A stretch of DNA of 53,158 nucleotides from an uncultured Candidatus Saccharibacteria bacterium (GTDB lineage: Bacteria; Patescibacteriota; Minisyncoccia; Phycocordibacterales; UBA9973), in NCBI GenBank assembly GCA_964390615.1, contig CAYMIC010000001.1, forward strand, positions 1-53,158. Direction: 5' to 3'. Numbering within the stretch: position 1 is the stretch's first letter; each line of letters begins with the position of its first letter. This document shows positions 9,623 through 17,259 of the stretch, one piece after another. The notes under the pieces were generated by a model. The model was given only the letters and a program-made list of their open reading frames with translations. It was not told the origin of the DNA and searched no databases. The translations under genes and the position numbers were made by a program.

Positions 9623-9629
9623 AAGACTC

Positions 9630-10370
9630 ATGCAAAAAACCCAAAACAAGGCGGATTTAAAGGATAAAAACGAGGTCACTAGCGTCGAAGATATGTTCGT
9701 TGCTGGAGCTCATTACGGCTACTCCAAGACCCGTAGACACCCATCTGTATCCACTTACATCCACACTACTAAGAACAAGACCGATATTATCGATCTTGAA
9801 AAGACTTCTGTACTTTTAGAAGAAGCCAAGAATTACGCCAAAAGCCTAGGTGCCGGTCACAAGACAATATTATTCGTAGGAACCAAGCCAGAAGCTAAAG
9901 AAGCTGTTAAAAGTGCTGCTGAAGCCCTAAATATGCCCTACGTCACTGAACGCTGGATCGGAGGTACACTTAGCAACTTTGTAGAAATCAAAAAGCGTAT
10001 CGCTGAACTCGAAAACTACAAGAAAGAAAGTGCAGTTGGTGGCCTTGAAAAGTACACCAAAAAAGAACGAGTGGTTCTAGCTAAAAAGATGGAAAAGTTA
10101 GCTCGATACTATACTGGTCTATTGGGTCTCAAGAAATCTCCTGAAGCTTTGTTCATAGTTGACGGTAAGGAAGAAAAAATCGCTCAGACTGAGGCTATGA
10201 AATCTGATACTAAAGTTATCGCTCTTCTAAACTCTGATTCCAATATCAAAGGTATCGATTTCCCTATCATTGGTAATGACGGAGCAATACCTTCTATCAA
10301 GCTCTTTGTAAACGCTATCGCAGATGCCTACAAAGAAGGTACAATGTCTGTACAGCAAAAAGAAGTTTAA
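9630..10370 (+). CDS. rpsB: 30S ribosomal protein S2
   Basis: S2 motifs AGAHYGYSKTRRHP, IIDLEKT and ILFVGTK. The ORF-track start at 9507 is a non-ATG upstream extension that overlaps proS. The first ATG, at 9630, sits just downstream of a good promoter. Confidence 0.88.
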   Translation: MQKTQNKADLKDKNEVTSVEDMFVAGAHYGYSKTRRHPSVSTYIHTTKNKTDIIDLEKTSVLLEEAKNYAKSLGAGHKTILFVGTKPEAKEAVKSAAEALNMPYVTERWIGGTLSNFVEIKKRIAELENYKKESAVGGLEKYTKKERVVLAKKMEKLARYYTGLLGLKKSPEALFIVDGKEEKIAQTEAMKSDTKVIALLNSDSNIKGIDFPIIGNDGAIPSIKLFVNAIADAYKEGTMSVQQKEV

Positions 10371-10389
10371 ATTATTCAACATAATTGTT

Positions 10390-10412
10390 CTCATTCTCTA
10401 GAATGAGTTTTT
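10390..10412 (+). terminator. Hairpin plus T-run between rpsB and tsf (possible attenuator)
   Basis: ctcattc-tcta-gaatgag followed by ttttt. Confidence 0.4.
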
Positions 10413-10426
10413 GAAAAATCTTATAT

Positions 10427-11209
10427 ATGGCAACACAAATCACAACAGAACTTATCAAGGAATTGCGAGATGCAACTGGTATCTCGGTCATGCAGTGCAA
10501 GCGAGCTCTAGAAGAAGCTGAAGGCAATATGGAAAAAGCCTTGGCTATCCTAAAGAAGACTAGCTCTGATATCGCTCTCAAAAAGCAAGATCGCACAGCA
10601 GCTGACGGTGCAGTTATGATTAAAAACGATACTAGTAACAATGCCCTTCTAGTGGCTCTACACTGCGAGACAGACTTCGTGGCTCACAATGAAGACTTCT
10701 TGAACCTACTCTCTTCCCTGGTCAATATCGCTGCTACTGAAGGAATCGAAGCTATGAAAGCTAAAGCCAAAGACCTGATCGATCCTATCATCCAAAAGAC
10801 TGGTGAAAAGATTGAACTTGGAGATGCTTATGTCGTCTCTGGTAGTACTGTAGGATCTTATGTGCACAATGGTAAACAAGGAGTAATAGTATCTCTCGAA
10901 GGTGGAGACTACAACCTAGCAAAAGATATCGCTATGCATGTAGCGGCCATGAAGCCAGAATACATTTCTCCTAGTGATATCTCTCCCGAAGCTACTCAAA
11001 CTATGACTGAAATTTTCGAAAAGGAAGTGGCAGGAATAGACAAACCAGAAGATATTAAAAAGAAAATGCTTGAAGGTAAGATTAATACTTACTTTAAAGA
11101 AAAGACACTTCTATCTCAACCATTTATTAAGGACGGAGATATGACCATCGCCGCTCTTTTGGATAAGAATAAAGCGAAAATCTTGGACGTGAAGCGATAT
11201 GTAATCTAA
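10427..11209 (+). CDS. tsf: Elongation factor Ts
   Basis: 260 aa. N-terminal UBA-like ELRDATGISVMQCKRALEEAEGNMEKA. Sits downstream of rpsB, as in the conserved rpsB-tsf pair. Confidence 0.92.
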   Translation: MATQITTELIKELRDATGISVMQCKRALEEAEGNMEKALAILKKTSSDIALKKQDRTAADGAVMIKNDTSNNALLVALHCETDFVAHNEDFLNLLSSLVNIAATEGIEAMKAKAKDLIDPIIQKTGEKIELGDAYVVSGSTVGSYVHNGKQGVIVSLEGGDYNLAKDIAMHVAAMKPEYISPSDISPEATQTMTEIFEKEVAGIDKPEDIKKKMLEGKINTYFKEKTLLSQPFIKDGDMTIAALLDKNKAKILDVKRYVI

Positions 11210-11213
11210 AGCT

Positions 11214-11621
11214 ATGAACTTCCTTCTTATTTTATTTTTTGTTTCTCTCGCCGGTATCATATTCATGATTTGGCGGAAAATAGTAAGAAAAGAAGAGATA
11301 GTGGACGAAGAAGACGCTCCAAATGATGCTATCTTAGATATACCCTATGTTGATGAGATAAAGTACATGACTGTAAAAAAGATGAAAGAATACGGTTATA
11401 TAGTTCTCTTATCAAGTATCCGGATGTCTATGAAGTCAACGCATGTCGTAAAAAAAGCCAGTAAGGAAATAGCGGAAGTAGTAAAGAATACTATTTTAAA
11501 AGGAGGAAAAGAATCCGAAGATCCGAAAGAAGTATCCAAGTTCCTTCAATTAGTAACGGATTACAAGCACAAGATCAAAAAGATCAAGCGAAAAATCCGA
11601 GAAGAAGAGGGCTTGAATTAG
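11214..11621 (+). CDS. Hypothetical small membrane protein with a Lys-rich C-terminus
   Basis: 135 aa. N-terminal TM helix (LLILFFVSLAGIIFMIW). The ATG is 4 nt after the tsf stop. Confidence 0.65.
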   Translation: MNFLLILFFVSLAGIIFMIWRKIVRKEEIVDEEDAPNDAILDIPYVDEIKYMTVKKMKEYGYIVLLSSIRMSMKSTHVVKKASKEIAEVVKNTILKGGKESEDPKEVSKFLQLVTDYKHKIKKIKRKIREEEGLN

Positions 11622-11654
11622 ATATCGTTTTAGTGTAGATTAGAGAAACAGTTT

Positions 11655-11730
11655 GCCGCCTTAGCTCAGTTGGTAGAGCTACACTTTTGTAAAGTGAGGG
11701 TCCTCGGTTCGAGTCCGAGAGGCGGCTCCA
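11655..11730 (+). tRNA. tRNA-Thr (anticodon UGU)
   Basis: 76-nt cloverleaf. Acceptor GCCGCCT/AGGCGGC; D arm GCTC-AGTTGGTA-GAGC; anticodon arm ACACT-TTTGTAA-AGTGA (anticodon TGT, A27-A43 mismatch); 5-nt variable loop; T arm CTCGG-TTCGAGT-CCGAG; discriminator T; encoded CCA. Confidence 0.9.
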
Positions 11731-11735
11731 GAAAA

Positions 11736-12341
11736 TTACTTATCGTATTTCCGATCTTTTAAATCTATAGACTCTCCTGGCTCTACAGTAACACTAGCCA
11801 TGGCATCATCATCTTCACTAGGATAATATCCCGTACTTGATTCTGTAATATTTTTGCTCGCAACTTTTCCTAATGGATCTATTTCTATTTTATATGATTT
11901 TCCATCTCCACCATCCTCTTTTTTCCATACAGCAGTCGTTCCTAGTTCTTGACTAGCAAACCATTCACTATAACTTGCTACTTTTTTTGATGCTAATGGA
12001 TTTTCAATTACCTTATCATTTTCTTTTATAGTATATCTAGTCTTTGAAATTGTTTTACCATTTATCTCTCCCGGAGCGTAAGCTTTAGTAACTTCTTTGT
12101 ACTTTAAAGCAAATTGATCAATTTCATCTTTTGATAATTTCGCAAATTCTTCCTTAGTTATTTGATTATCCTTTAAAACTCCTACTTCTTGTAATCGATC
12201 ATAAAAAGCCGCCCTTCCTATCGGAACTTCAGCATTTTGCCCTATAGCACTACCAGCACCCAGTCCTGCGGCTGTAAACATAACTGCCTTTGTTAAATTT
12301 TTTGCATTCTTTCGTAAGTTTTCAAAATTTCCAAATTTCAT
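11736..12341 (-). CDS. Hypothetical secreted protein
   Basis: The ORF-track start at 12374 is TTG; the first ATG gives MKFGNFENLRKNAKNLTKAVMFTAAGLGAGSAIGQ, which is signal-peptide-like. No family recognised. Confidence 0.6.
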   Translation of the reverse strand: MKFGNFENLRKNAKNLTKAVMFTAAGLGAGSAIGQNAEVPIGRAAFYDRLQEVGVLKDNQITKEEFAKLSKDEIDQFALKYKEVTKAYAPGEINGKTISKTRYTIKENDKVIENPLASKKVASYSEWFASQELGTTAVWKKEDGGDGKSYKIEIDPLGKVASKNITESSTGYYPSEDDDAMASVTVEPGESIDLKDRKYDK

Positions 12342-12396
12342 ATTTTTTATAGTTAATTTATTAATACATCCCAATCATAGCATTTATCTTACTTAA

Positions 12397-12431
12397 ATAA
12401 AAAGCCAGGCACAATTTCAATGTAGCCTGGC
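12397..12431 (-). terminator. Rho-independent terminator of the small transcription unit 12478..12705
   Basis: Minus strand reads gccaggc-tacattgaaattgt-gcctggc followed by ttttta ttt. Confidence 0.55.
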
Positions 12432-12477
12432 ACTCTCAGTATTTAATCAGGGGAACACCCTAACATCAAGAATTATT

Positions 12478-12705
12478 TTAGTTCAAGAAGTTTGTTACTG
12501 TGGGTACAAATGTACCCTCTTGATGAACTTTGTAAATTTCTTTGGGAATCACAAGGATCCCCTTAATTTTCTTTTTCGCATTTTGCTTGCCAAAGCGATC
12601 AATCACCTTAAGGATTAAAGTGATTAAAACCATCCTTAATTTTGGATTACACTTTCCAAGCTTTTCCTCAATTTCAAACATCCCATTTTCTTCATTTGCA
12701 TTCAT
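12478..12705 (-). CDS. Small hypothetical protein (75 aa from the first ATG); coding status uncertain
   Basis: The ORF-track start at 12744 is TTG; the first ATG at 12705 gives MNANEENGMFEIEEKLGK... The unit is bracketed by its own promoter and terminator. No family recognised and no SD. Confidence 0.35.
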   Translation of the reverse strand: MNANEENGMFEIEEKLGKCNPKLRMVLITLILKVIDRFGKQNAKKKIKGILVIPKEIYKVHQEGTFVPTVTNFLN

Positions 12706-12768
12706 GGTTGTAGTTTTAAAATTTTGAAAAAATGTACAGGACAAGACCTTACTTTGTCCTCTGCATAA

Positions 12769-12797
12769 AGTATATCACTTTTTGGGTTAAAAGTCAA
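12769..12797 (-). promoter_or_regulatory. Near-consensus sigma70 promoter of the small unit
   Basis: Minus strand reads TTGACT (12797-12792), 17 nt, TATACT (12774-12769). A 7-bp hairpin aggacaa/ttgtcct (12738-12760) would lie at the very 5' end of the transcript. Confidence 0.5.
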
Positions 12798-12801
12798 GCA
12801 C

Positions 12802-12829
12802 AAAAAACCCTATATTACTAGGGTTTTTT
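12802..12829 (-). terminator. Terminator-like hairpin overlapping the stop of 12818..13534
   Basis: aaaaaaccc-tatattacta-gggtttttt. The stem is AT-rich and the flanks are symmetric. Confidence 0.4.
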
Positions 12830-13534
12830 GGTGGTTTCGGGAGTAATGTTAGCTTTCTCTTTTTCAGTTTCTTCTAAGGTTTTTAGGTCAAAAGTCTTTT
12901 CAACTAGAGCCCCAAGTTCTTCAATAGAACGAAAACCAGTCAGAGGTTCATCATCCACCACCAAAGCTGGCAGTTTAGTATCCTCTATCTTGTAGATATC
13001 CAACATGGCTTTGACTGCAGAGAGGTCAGTACTGTAATCAAAAGAATACACTCGGAGATCTGGGTAAAGTTCTCGCAGACGAGACAGTACTAGTCCTTGG
13101 CGCTCACACTCACTGCAATTTTCAGCAGTAGTATAGAAATATAGAATAAAGGCATAATTCTCACCACATCGCTCAGCGATACGCTTCAGCAGGAGGTAAT
13201 CCTTGATTTCAAGTAGCGAATAATATTTCTTCAAATACGCAAGTTCGCTATCAGATCCTAAGTTACTCTCTCCCCACTCGAGTTTGCTACCAAATTCAGA
13301 AAGTTCTTGAGAAAGTGTAGAACTCGAAACGTTCTTGCAAGATAGCTCTGAAAGAAGTGAAAACTGAGTTTCTGATGAAAGAATATCGATAGCTATTTGG
13401 TCTTGAATATTCTGCAAGGCCTTGATTTTTTTGCTTCCAAAAAAACTACTGACATATGTCGCAGTCAAAAAAAGCATGATGGTGATAAAGAGAACTATTA
13501 AATATTTTTTCCAATCAGTAGGTTCTGGGTTCAT
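12818..13534 (-). CDS. Membrane-anchored thioredoxin-fold protein (CxxC = CSEC)
   Basis: 238 aa with an N-terminal TM (YLIVLFITIMLFLTATYV). The C-terminal part, ILYFYTTAENCSECERQG...KLPALVVDDEPL, resembles a Trx/Grx fold with a cis-Pro region. The ATG is 4 nt after the GT2 stop. Confidence 0.5.
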   Translation of the reverse strand: MNPEPTDWKKYLIVLFITIMLFLTATYVSSFFGSKKIKALQNIQDQIAIDILSSETQFSLLSELSCKNVSSSTLSQELSEFGSKLEWGESNLGSDSELAYLKKYYSLLEIKDYLLLKRIAERCGENYAFILYFYTTAENCSECERQGLVLSRLRELYPDLRVYSFDYSTDLSAVKAMLDIYKIEDTKLPALVVDDEPLTGFRSIEELGALVEKTFDLKTLEETEKEKANITPETTKKP

Positions 13535-13538
13535 ATAT

Positions 13539-14783
13539 TTATCGCCAAGACGGTGTATTAGTAAATATCGTATTGTAAACAGCTTTCATTAGCCAAAACG
13601 GAGCGATGATACTGTAAATCACAAAGAAGTAAATTATGTTCACAGGAAAAGTCCACTTACCAGAAACCATACGGTGACCTAGTAAAATGGAGAATATAAC
13701 CAAAGAGTACAGCACAATACTTATGAATATAAATGACTGAGTATTTATAAAAAATGGATCAAAGTTCATAGCGCCTGGAGAAAAGTGAAAGCCGACAGTA
13801 CGATACTTTTCAACCTTATCTACCACAAAACTCCCGAAGGCCTCTGCCACTCGAAAAAACAGAAAGCTCGCTGCAAATATAGAGACGATACCACCCGGAA
13901 TAGTAAAGAAAGAAAAGTGACCATATCTTTTTTTGAAAATTGCTGAACGATAATCTATGGTGTTGTTAATAAAACCATAAATCCAACGTAAACGCTGCTT
14001 ATAAAGCTTCTTGACTGTCGGAGGAGTGTTGGTATAGACATAGGCATCGTTGCACTGCTCGATCTTGTAGTGGTTGGTCTGCATACGATAAGCAATCTCC
14101 ATGTCCTCGGTATTATGAGCCTTACGGTAATTACCAAGGTCATCAAACACCTTCTTTCTAAATATTGTCAGCGGTCCTGGGGTCACATGAATTGCCGAGA
14201 GAAATGCCAGCATTTTCTTAACATACACTGACATATAGTATTCAGCTTTTTGAGCTTTTTGGATGATTGTCCGAGGATTGTTTACGATGATAGAAGGAGC
14301 GACTGCCATGACATTTGGATTCTTTTCAAAGTAACTCATGATTCTCCCAAGCGCCTCAGGGTCAACAAAAGAATCCGCGTCTAAGCAACCAACAAATTCT
14401 GTACGAATATTTTGGAGACCCAAGTTTAGTGCAGTATGCTTGCCACCATTCTCTTTTTGGAAAACTTTGACATTACTATACTTGGTAAATCTATTGATAA
14501 CTTCCCAAGTTTTATCACTCGAACCATCGTCTATTAAAAAAATATCCAGTTTAGATTTTGGATAGTTTAGGTTAAGTAGTGATCGCACGGTTTTGTAAAT
14601 AGTTTTTTCTTCATTCCAACAAGGAACCATGACTGTAACGCTCGGGTACTTGGAAAGCTTGGCTTCACCACTTCGAGTTAAGATTTTACCCTTATTTTGA
14701 AAAAAAGTAATAAGCAAAAAAACCTGCACATATATGGACAGAAACGCCAAAATATAAAAGATTGTCTGCGATATCGACTCCAT
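13539..14783 (-). CDS. Processive family-2 glycosyltransferase (PgaC/IcaA/NodC-like membrane synthase)
   Basis: Motifs VMVPCWNEE, IDDGSSDKT, LDADS, TEDMEIAYR and QRLRWIYG (Q-x-x-RW), with TM helices at both ends. The ORF-track start at 14828 is GTG inside the upstream terminator hairpin, so I use the ATG at 14783 (MESISQ...). Confidence 0.85.
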   Translation of the reverse strand: MESISQTIFYILAFLSIYVQVFLLITFFQNKGKILTRSGEAKLSKYPSVTVMVPCWNEEKTIYKTVRSLLNLNYPKSKLDIFLIDDGSSDKTWEVINRFTKYSNVKVFQKENGGKHTALNLGLQNIRTEFVGCLDADSFVDPEALGRIMSYFEKNPNVMAVAPSIIVNNPRTIIQKAQKAEYYMSVYVKKMLAFLSAIHVTPGPLTIFRKKVFDDLGNYRKAHNTEDMEIAYRMQTNHYKIEQCNDAYVYTNTPPTVKKLYKQRLRWIYGFINNTIDYRSAIFKKRYGHFSFFTIPGGIVSIFAASFLFFRVAEAFGSFVVDKVEKYRTVGFHFSPGAMNFDPFFINTQSFIFISIVLYSLVIFSILLGHRMVSGKWTFPVNIIYFFVIYSIIAPFWLMKAVYNTIFTNTPSWR

Positions 14784-14795
14784 GCTAGTCCTTGA

Positions 14796-14804
14796 AATAT
14801 AACA
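14796..14804 (-). promoter_or_regulatory. Extended -10 element upstream of the GT2 gene
   Basis: Minus strand reads TGt-TATATT, 12 nt before the ATG at 14783. Confidence 0.35.
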
Positions 14805-14821
14805 TTTTTTGGTCAAAAAGT

Positions 14822-14855
14822 AAAACACCGTGAGCCTGGTGGCCCACGGTGTTTT
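14822..14855 (-). terminator. Strong GC-rich intrinsic terminator after the DUF378 gene
   Basis: aaaacaccgtg-agcctggtggcc-cacggtgtttt. On the minus strand a U-run follows. Confidence 0.7.
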
Positions 14856-14887
14856 AACTTTAGAAATTTAAGGATTTAACCCAAAAA

Positions 14888-15181
14888 CTACATGTTTGTT
14901 GTTGCTCCTCCTGTAGTTGGAGTAACTCCACATGTGCAAGAAGCACACTTTTTGCACTTGCAACCGATAAGCTTCATAAGAGCTGCAACACCTACCAATA
15001 CGTACACGACTGCTTCGATAGTTGGCATACTGCCCAAAACCATATTAACTACATTCCAGTTGTGCATCATAAGCATACCTACGCCTACGAGACCCCAGTT
15101 AAGACCTCCTATTACCAATAAAATTTTACTTACCATAGAAACTGCACATCCTCCCCCCTTACATCCGCAAGATCCACACAT
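14888..15181 (-). CDS. DUF378-family small membrane protein with Cys-cluster termini
   Basis: 97 aa. Core KILLVIGGLNWGLVGVGMLM...VYVLVGVAALMKLIG is typical of DUF378. The N-terminus is MCGSCGCKGGGCA and the C-terminus is GCKCKKCASCTCG. Confidence 0.75.
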   Translation of the reverse strand: MCGSCGCKGGGCAVSMVSKILLVIGGLNWGLVGVGMLMMHNWNVVNMVLGSMPTIEAVVYVLVGVAALMKLIGCKCKKCASCTCGVTPTTGGATTNM

Positions 15182-15319
15182 AATTTTTATTCAAAATTAA
15201 ATAATAATTTTTCCACCTCTGCGACGACAGAGGTCGAACAGATTTATACCTTTTATTATACCATGCTCTAAAAAAATGCTATACTAGCGATATTAACACT
15301 AAGTCAGATTTATATAAAA

Positions 15320-16030
15320 ATGGAAAATAATTCAAATCCTATGGTCCCCCAAAATCAGTCCCAAATAGCCGGAGCGATACTTATAGTTGGAATCCTTATC
15401 GCTGGAGCCATCTTGCTACGAGGCAATATGCCAACCAAACAGGTAGCCAACACTAACAACCCAAACACCCAGGTAGTCGCAGAATTACCTCCTGTCAGCG
15501 CTTCAGACCACATAATAGGCAGTGCTTCCGCTAAAGTAGTTATCGTAGAGTATTCAGACACTGAATGCCCATTTTGCAAAGTCTTCCACAACACCCTGCA
15601 CGATATCGTAACTGAAAACAATGGGCAGGTGGCTTGGGTATACCGCCACTTCCCTATAGACAGTTTACACCCAAAAGCTTTTCATGAAGCCGAAGCTACT
15701 GAGTGTGCATATGAGCAAGGTGGCAATGAAATGTTTTGGAAATATATTGATGAAGTTTTTGCTCGCACAGAGTCCAACAACAAACTCGATGTCGCTGAAC
15801 TTCCCAAAATTGCAGCAGACTTAAAACTAGATATGGAAAAATTCAATACCTGCCTCGAGAGTGGAAAATTTGCAGATAAAATTGAAGGTCAAATCACTGA
15901 AGCCCAAAACTCTGGAGCTCGTGGCACACCTGCGTCTTTCATCATAGTCAAAGGTAAAGTTGTCGGCACCGTACCTGGCGCTGTATCTAAAGCTAAACTC
16001 CAAGCCCAACTAGACACATTGTTGAAATAA
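15320..16030 (+). CDS. DsbA-family thiol:disulfide oxidoreductase, membrane-anchored
   Basis: 236 aa with an N-terminal TM (IAGAILIVGILIAGAILL). Active site VEYSDTECPFCKVFH. The C-terminal region GARGTPASFIIV carries the cis-Pro. Confidence 0.85.
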   Translation: MENNSNPMVPQNQSQIAGAILIVGILIAGAILLRGNMPTKQVANTNNPNTQVVAELPPVSASDHIIGSASAKVVIVEYSDTECPFCKVFHNTLHDIVTENNGQVAWVYRHFPIDSLHPKAFHEAEATECAYEQGGNEMFWKYIDEVFARTESNNKLDVAELPKIAADLKLDMEKFNTCLESGKFADKIEGQITEAQNSGARGTPASFIIVKGKVVGTVPGAVSKAKLQAQLDTLLK

Positions 16031-16035
16031 AGAAA

Positions 16036-16067
16036 TAAAAAAAAAGGAATGCGAGGGCATTCCTTTT
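16036..16067. terminator. Bidirectional terminator between convergent DsbA and 16077..16409
   Basis: A-run, then aaggaatgc-gagg-gcattcctt, then tt. Confidence 0.65.
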
Positions 16068-16076
16068 ACTGTTGTC

Positions 16077-16409
16077 TTATCGTATTAATTTCCAGGTTTC
16101 CTGTGGCTCTTTTGAAGTATTAAAGTAACCATCAACTAAAAGAAATATTTTTAATGGCAAGAAACCTATCCATTCAGTACAAGTATCCCAAAATGAATGG
16201 GGTCCTGGTTGATCATAGCTACTAAGTGCTGTGAAAACGAAAAATAGTGAACACAGAATCACTAGGATAGACAAACACAGCAACCACCAATTTTCAGGTG
16301 TGACGGGTATAGATTTAAAAATACCCCAAACTGCCAACACGAGCCAACCAACTCCCAGCAAAGCAATGAGAATTACTTTCATAAGTTTGATAAACGAGTT
16401 AAAATCCAT
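16077..16409 (-). CDS. Hypothetical membrane protein
   Basis: 110 aa with two or three hydrophobic helices and an ATG start. No family recognised. Confidence 0.55.
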   Translation of the reverse strand: MDFNSFIKLMKVILIALLGVGWLVLAVWGIFKSIPVTPENWWLLCLSILVILCSLFFVFTALSSYDQPGPHSFWDTCTEWIGFLPLKIFLLVDGYFNTSKEPQETWKLIR

Positions 16410-16482
16410 GACGAAGTATTTTGAGATTAAAAAATAACTTATTTCCCCCTCAATCTACTATATTTAACAAAAAAGTCAATAC

Positions 16483-16512
16483 AAAAAAGCCCTATATTTC
16501 AAGGGCTTTTTT
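16483..16512 (-). terminator. Terminator downstream of the transposase gene
   Basis: aaaaaagccct-atatttca-agggctttttt. Confidence 0.6.
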
Positions 16513-16534
16513 GGTGATAATTTATTTGTTAAAC

Positions 16535-16553
16535 GACTAGGTCTTGCCTAGTC
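16535..16553. repeat. REP-like hairpin, left copy
   Basis: 7-bp stem gactagg/cctagtc with loop tcttg. The 3' arm contains the TAG stop of the transposase gene. Confidence 0.8.
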
Positions 16554-17207
16554 ACTTTTGAAAGTTAACCATTCAAAAATCTCTCTCGAAAATTCCTTCT
16601 TTGAATTAAAGTAGACTGGAAATGCTTTGTAATTTAGAATTTTGTTTTGCAATCTTTCATTGCCTTTATAATCTACATAGCTAGAGTATTCATAGTTATC
16701 TAAGTAATCTAAAGTTTCTTTTTTATTCTTTATCCCCTTTTCTTTCCAGTCTTTATCTATTAACTTTACAGCATTTAAATGAATATATGAAAAAATGTAT
16801 TTTAAATATCGATCAGTATTTAAATATTGTGATTTAAATTTACCCTCAAATAAACTACCAGTTCTTTGATATTTTTTATTGTAATACATTACATACGCAG
16901 TAGTAAGTTTTTGCATAAATTTACTTATGCTTCCGTTCTCCGTTTCAGTAACTAAAATATGAAAATGGTTTGGCATAAGAGTATAGGCTCCTATGCTAAC
17001 CAATAAATTACCCCGCTCAAAATCAAAAGGACTTTCTCCTTTATTCAATCCATAGCTTCTAAAGTTATTAACTGAGTTACAAGCAAACAATAACCCTACA
17101 AAGTGACGATAATCTTCCTTGTCATGAAATATTTTTTGCTTACTATTGCCCCTGTTATAAATGTGATAAAACTCACCCAAGACAAAAGCTTGTTTACGTG
17201 TTGACAT
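16548..17207 (-). CDS. REP-associated tyrosine transposase / IS200-like Y1 HUH transposase
   Basis: 219 aa from the first ATG (the track start at 17228 is TTG). Motifs YHIYNRGN, HUH motif LMPNHFHILV and catalytic Tyr motif YIHLNAVK. Confidence 0.8.
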   Translation of the reverse strand: MSTRKQAFVLGEFYHIYNRGNSKQKIFHDKEDYRHFVGLLFACNSVNNFRSYGLNKGESPFDFERGNLLVSIGAYTLMPNHFHILVTETENGSISKFMQKLTTAYVMYYNKKYQRTGSLFEGKFKSQYLNTDRYLKYIFSYIHLNAVKLIDKDWKEKGIKNKKETLDYLDNYEYSSYVDYKGNERLQNKILNYKAFPVYFNSKKEFSREIFEWLTFKSD

Positions 17208-17213
17208 GTTTAT

Positions 17214-17242
17214 ATTATATTGAAACAAAAATGACTAGGCAA
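17214..17242 (-). promoter_or_regulatory. Transposase promoter with its -35 inside the right hairpin
   Basis: Minus strand reads TTGCCT (17242-17237), 17 nt, TATAAT (17219-17214), then 6 nt to the ATG at 17207. This predicts a leaderless mRNA. Confidence 0.5.
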
Positions 17243-17257
17243 GACCTAGTCATTTTT
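17227..17257 (-). terminator. REP-like hairpin, right copy, in terminator context for the rpoB...P-loop operon
   Basis: aaaaatgactagg-caaga-cctagtcattttt forms a 13-bp perfect stem. It starts 3 nt after the stop of 17260..17784, and tttttgttt follows on the minus strand. Confidence 0.6.
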
Positions 17258-17259
17258 GT

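Larger units (their letters stand above)
16535..17251 (-). mobile_element. RAYT/IS200-like unit: a HUH-Y1 transposase gene bracketed by inverted copies of a 19-nt hairpin
   Basis: Left end gactagg-tcttg-cctagtc (16535-16553). Right end gactagg-caaga-cctagtc (17233-17251), the exact reverse complement. Total length is 717 bp with a single Y1 transposase ORF inside. Confidence 0.65.

Noticed and set aside
9507-9629. Upstream extensions in the ORF track: 9507 for rpsB, 12374, 12744, 14828 for GT2, 17228 for the transposase, 19062 for rpoD, 38262 for smc and 45584 for gyrB
   Set aside because: Where I read the codon directly (12374, 12744, 14828, 17228, 19062, 38262), the extension begins at TTG or GTG. 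Several overlap an upstream gene or terminator hairpin, or add non-conserved residues. For 9507 and 45584 I did not read the start codon, but the added residues look non-conserved (9507 also overlaps proS). In each case the first ATG gives a conserved N-terminus or follows a promoter, so I moved the starts.
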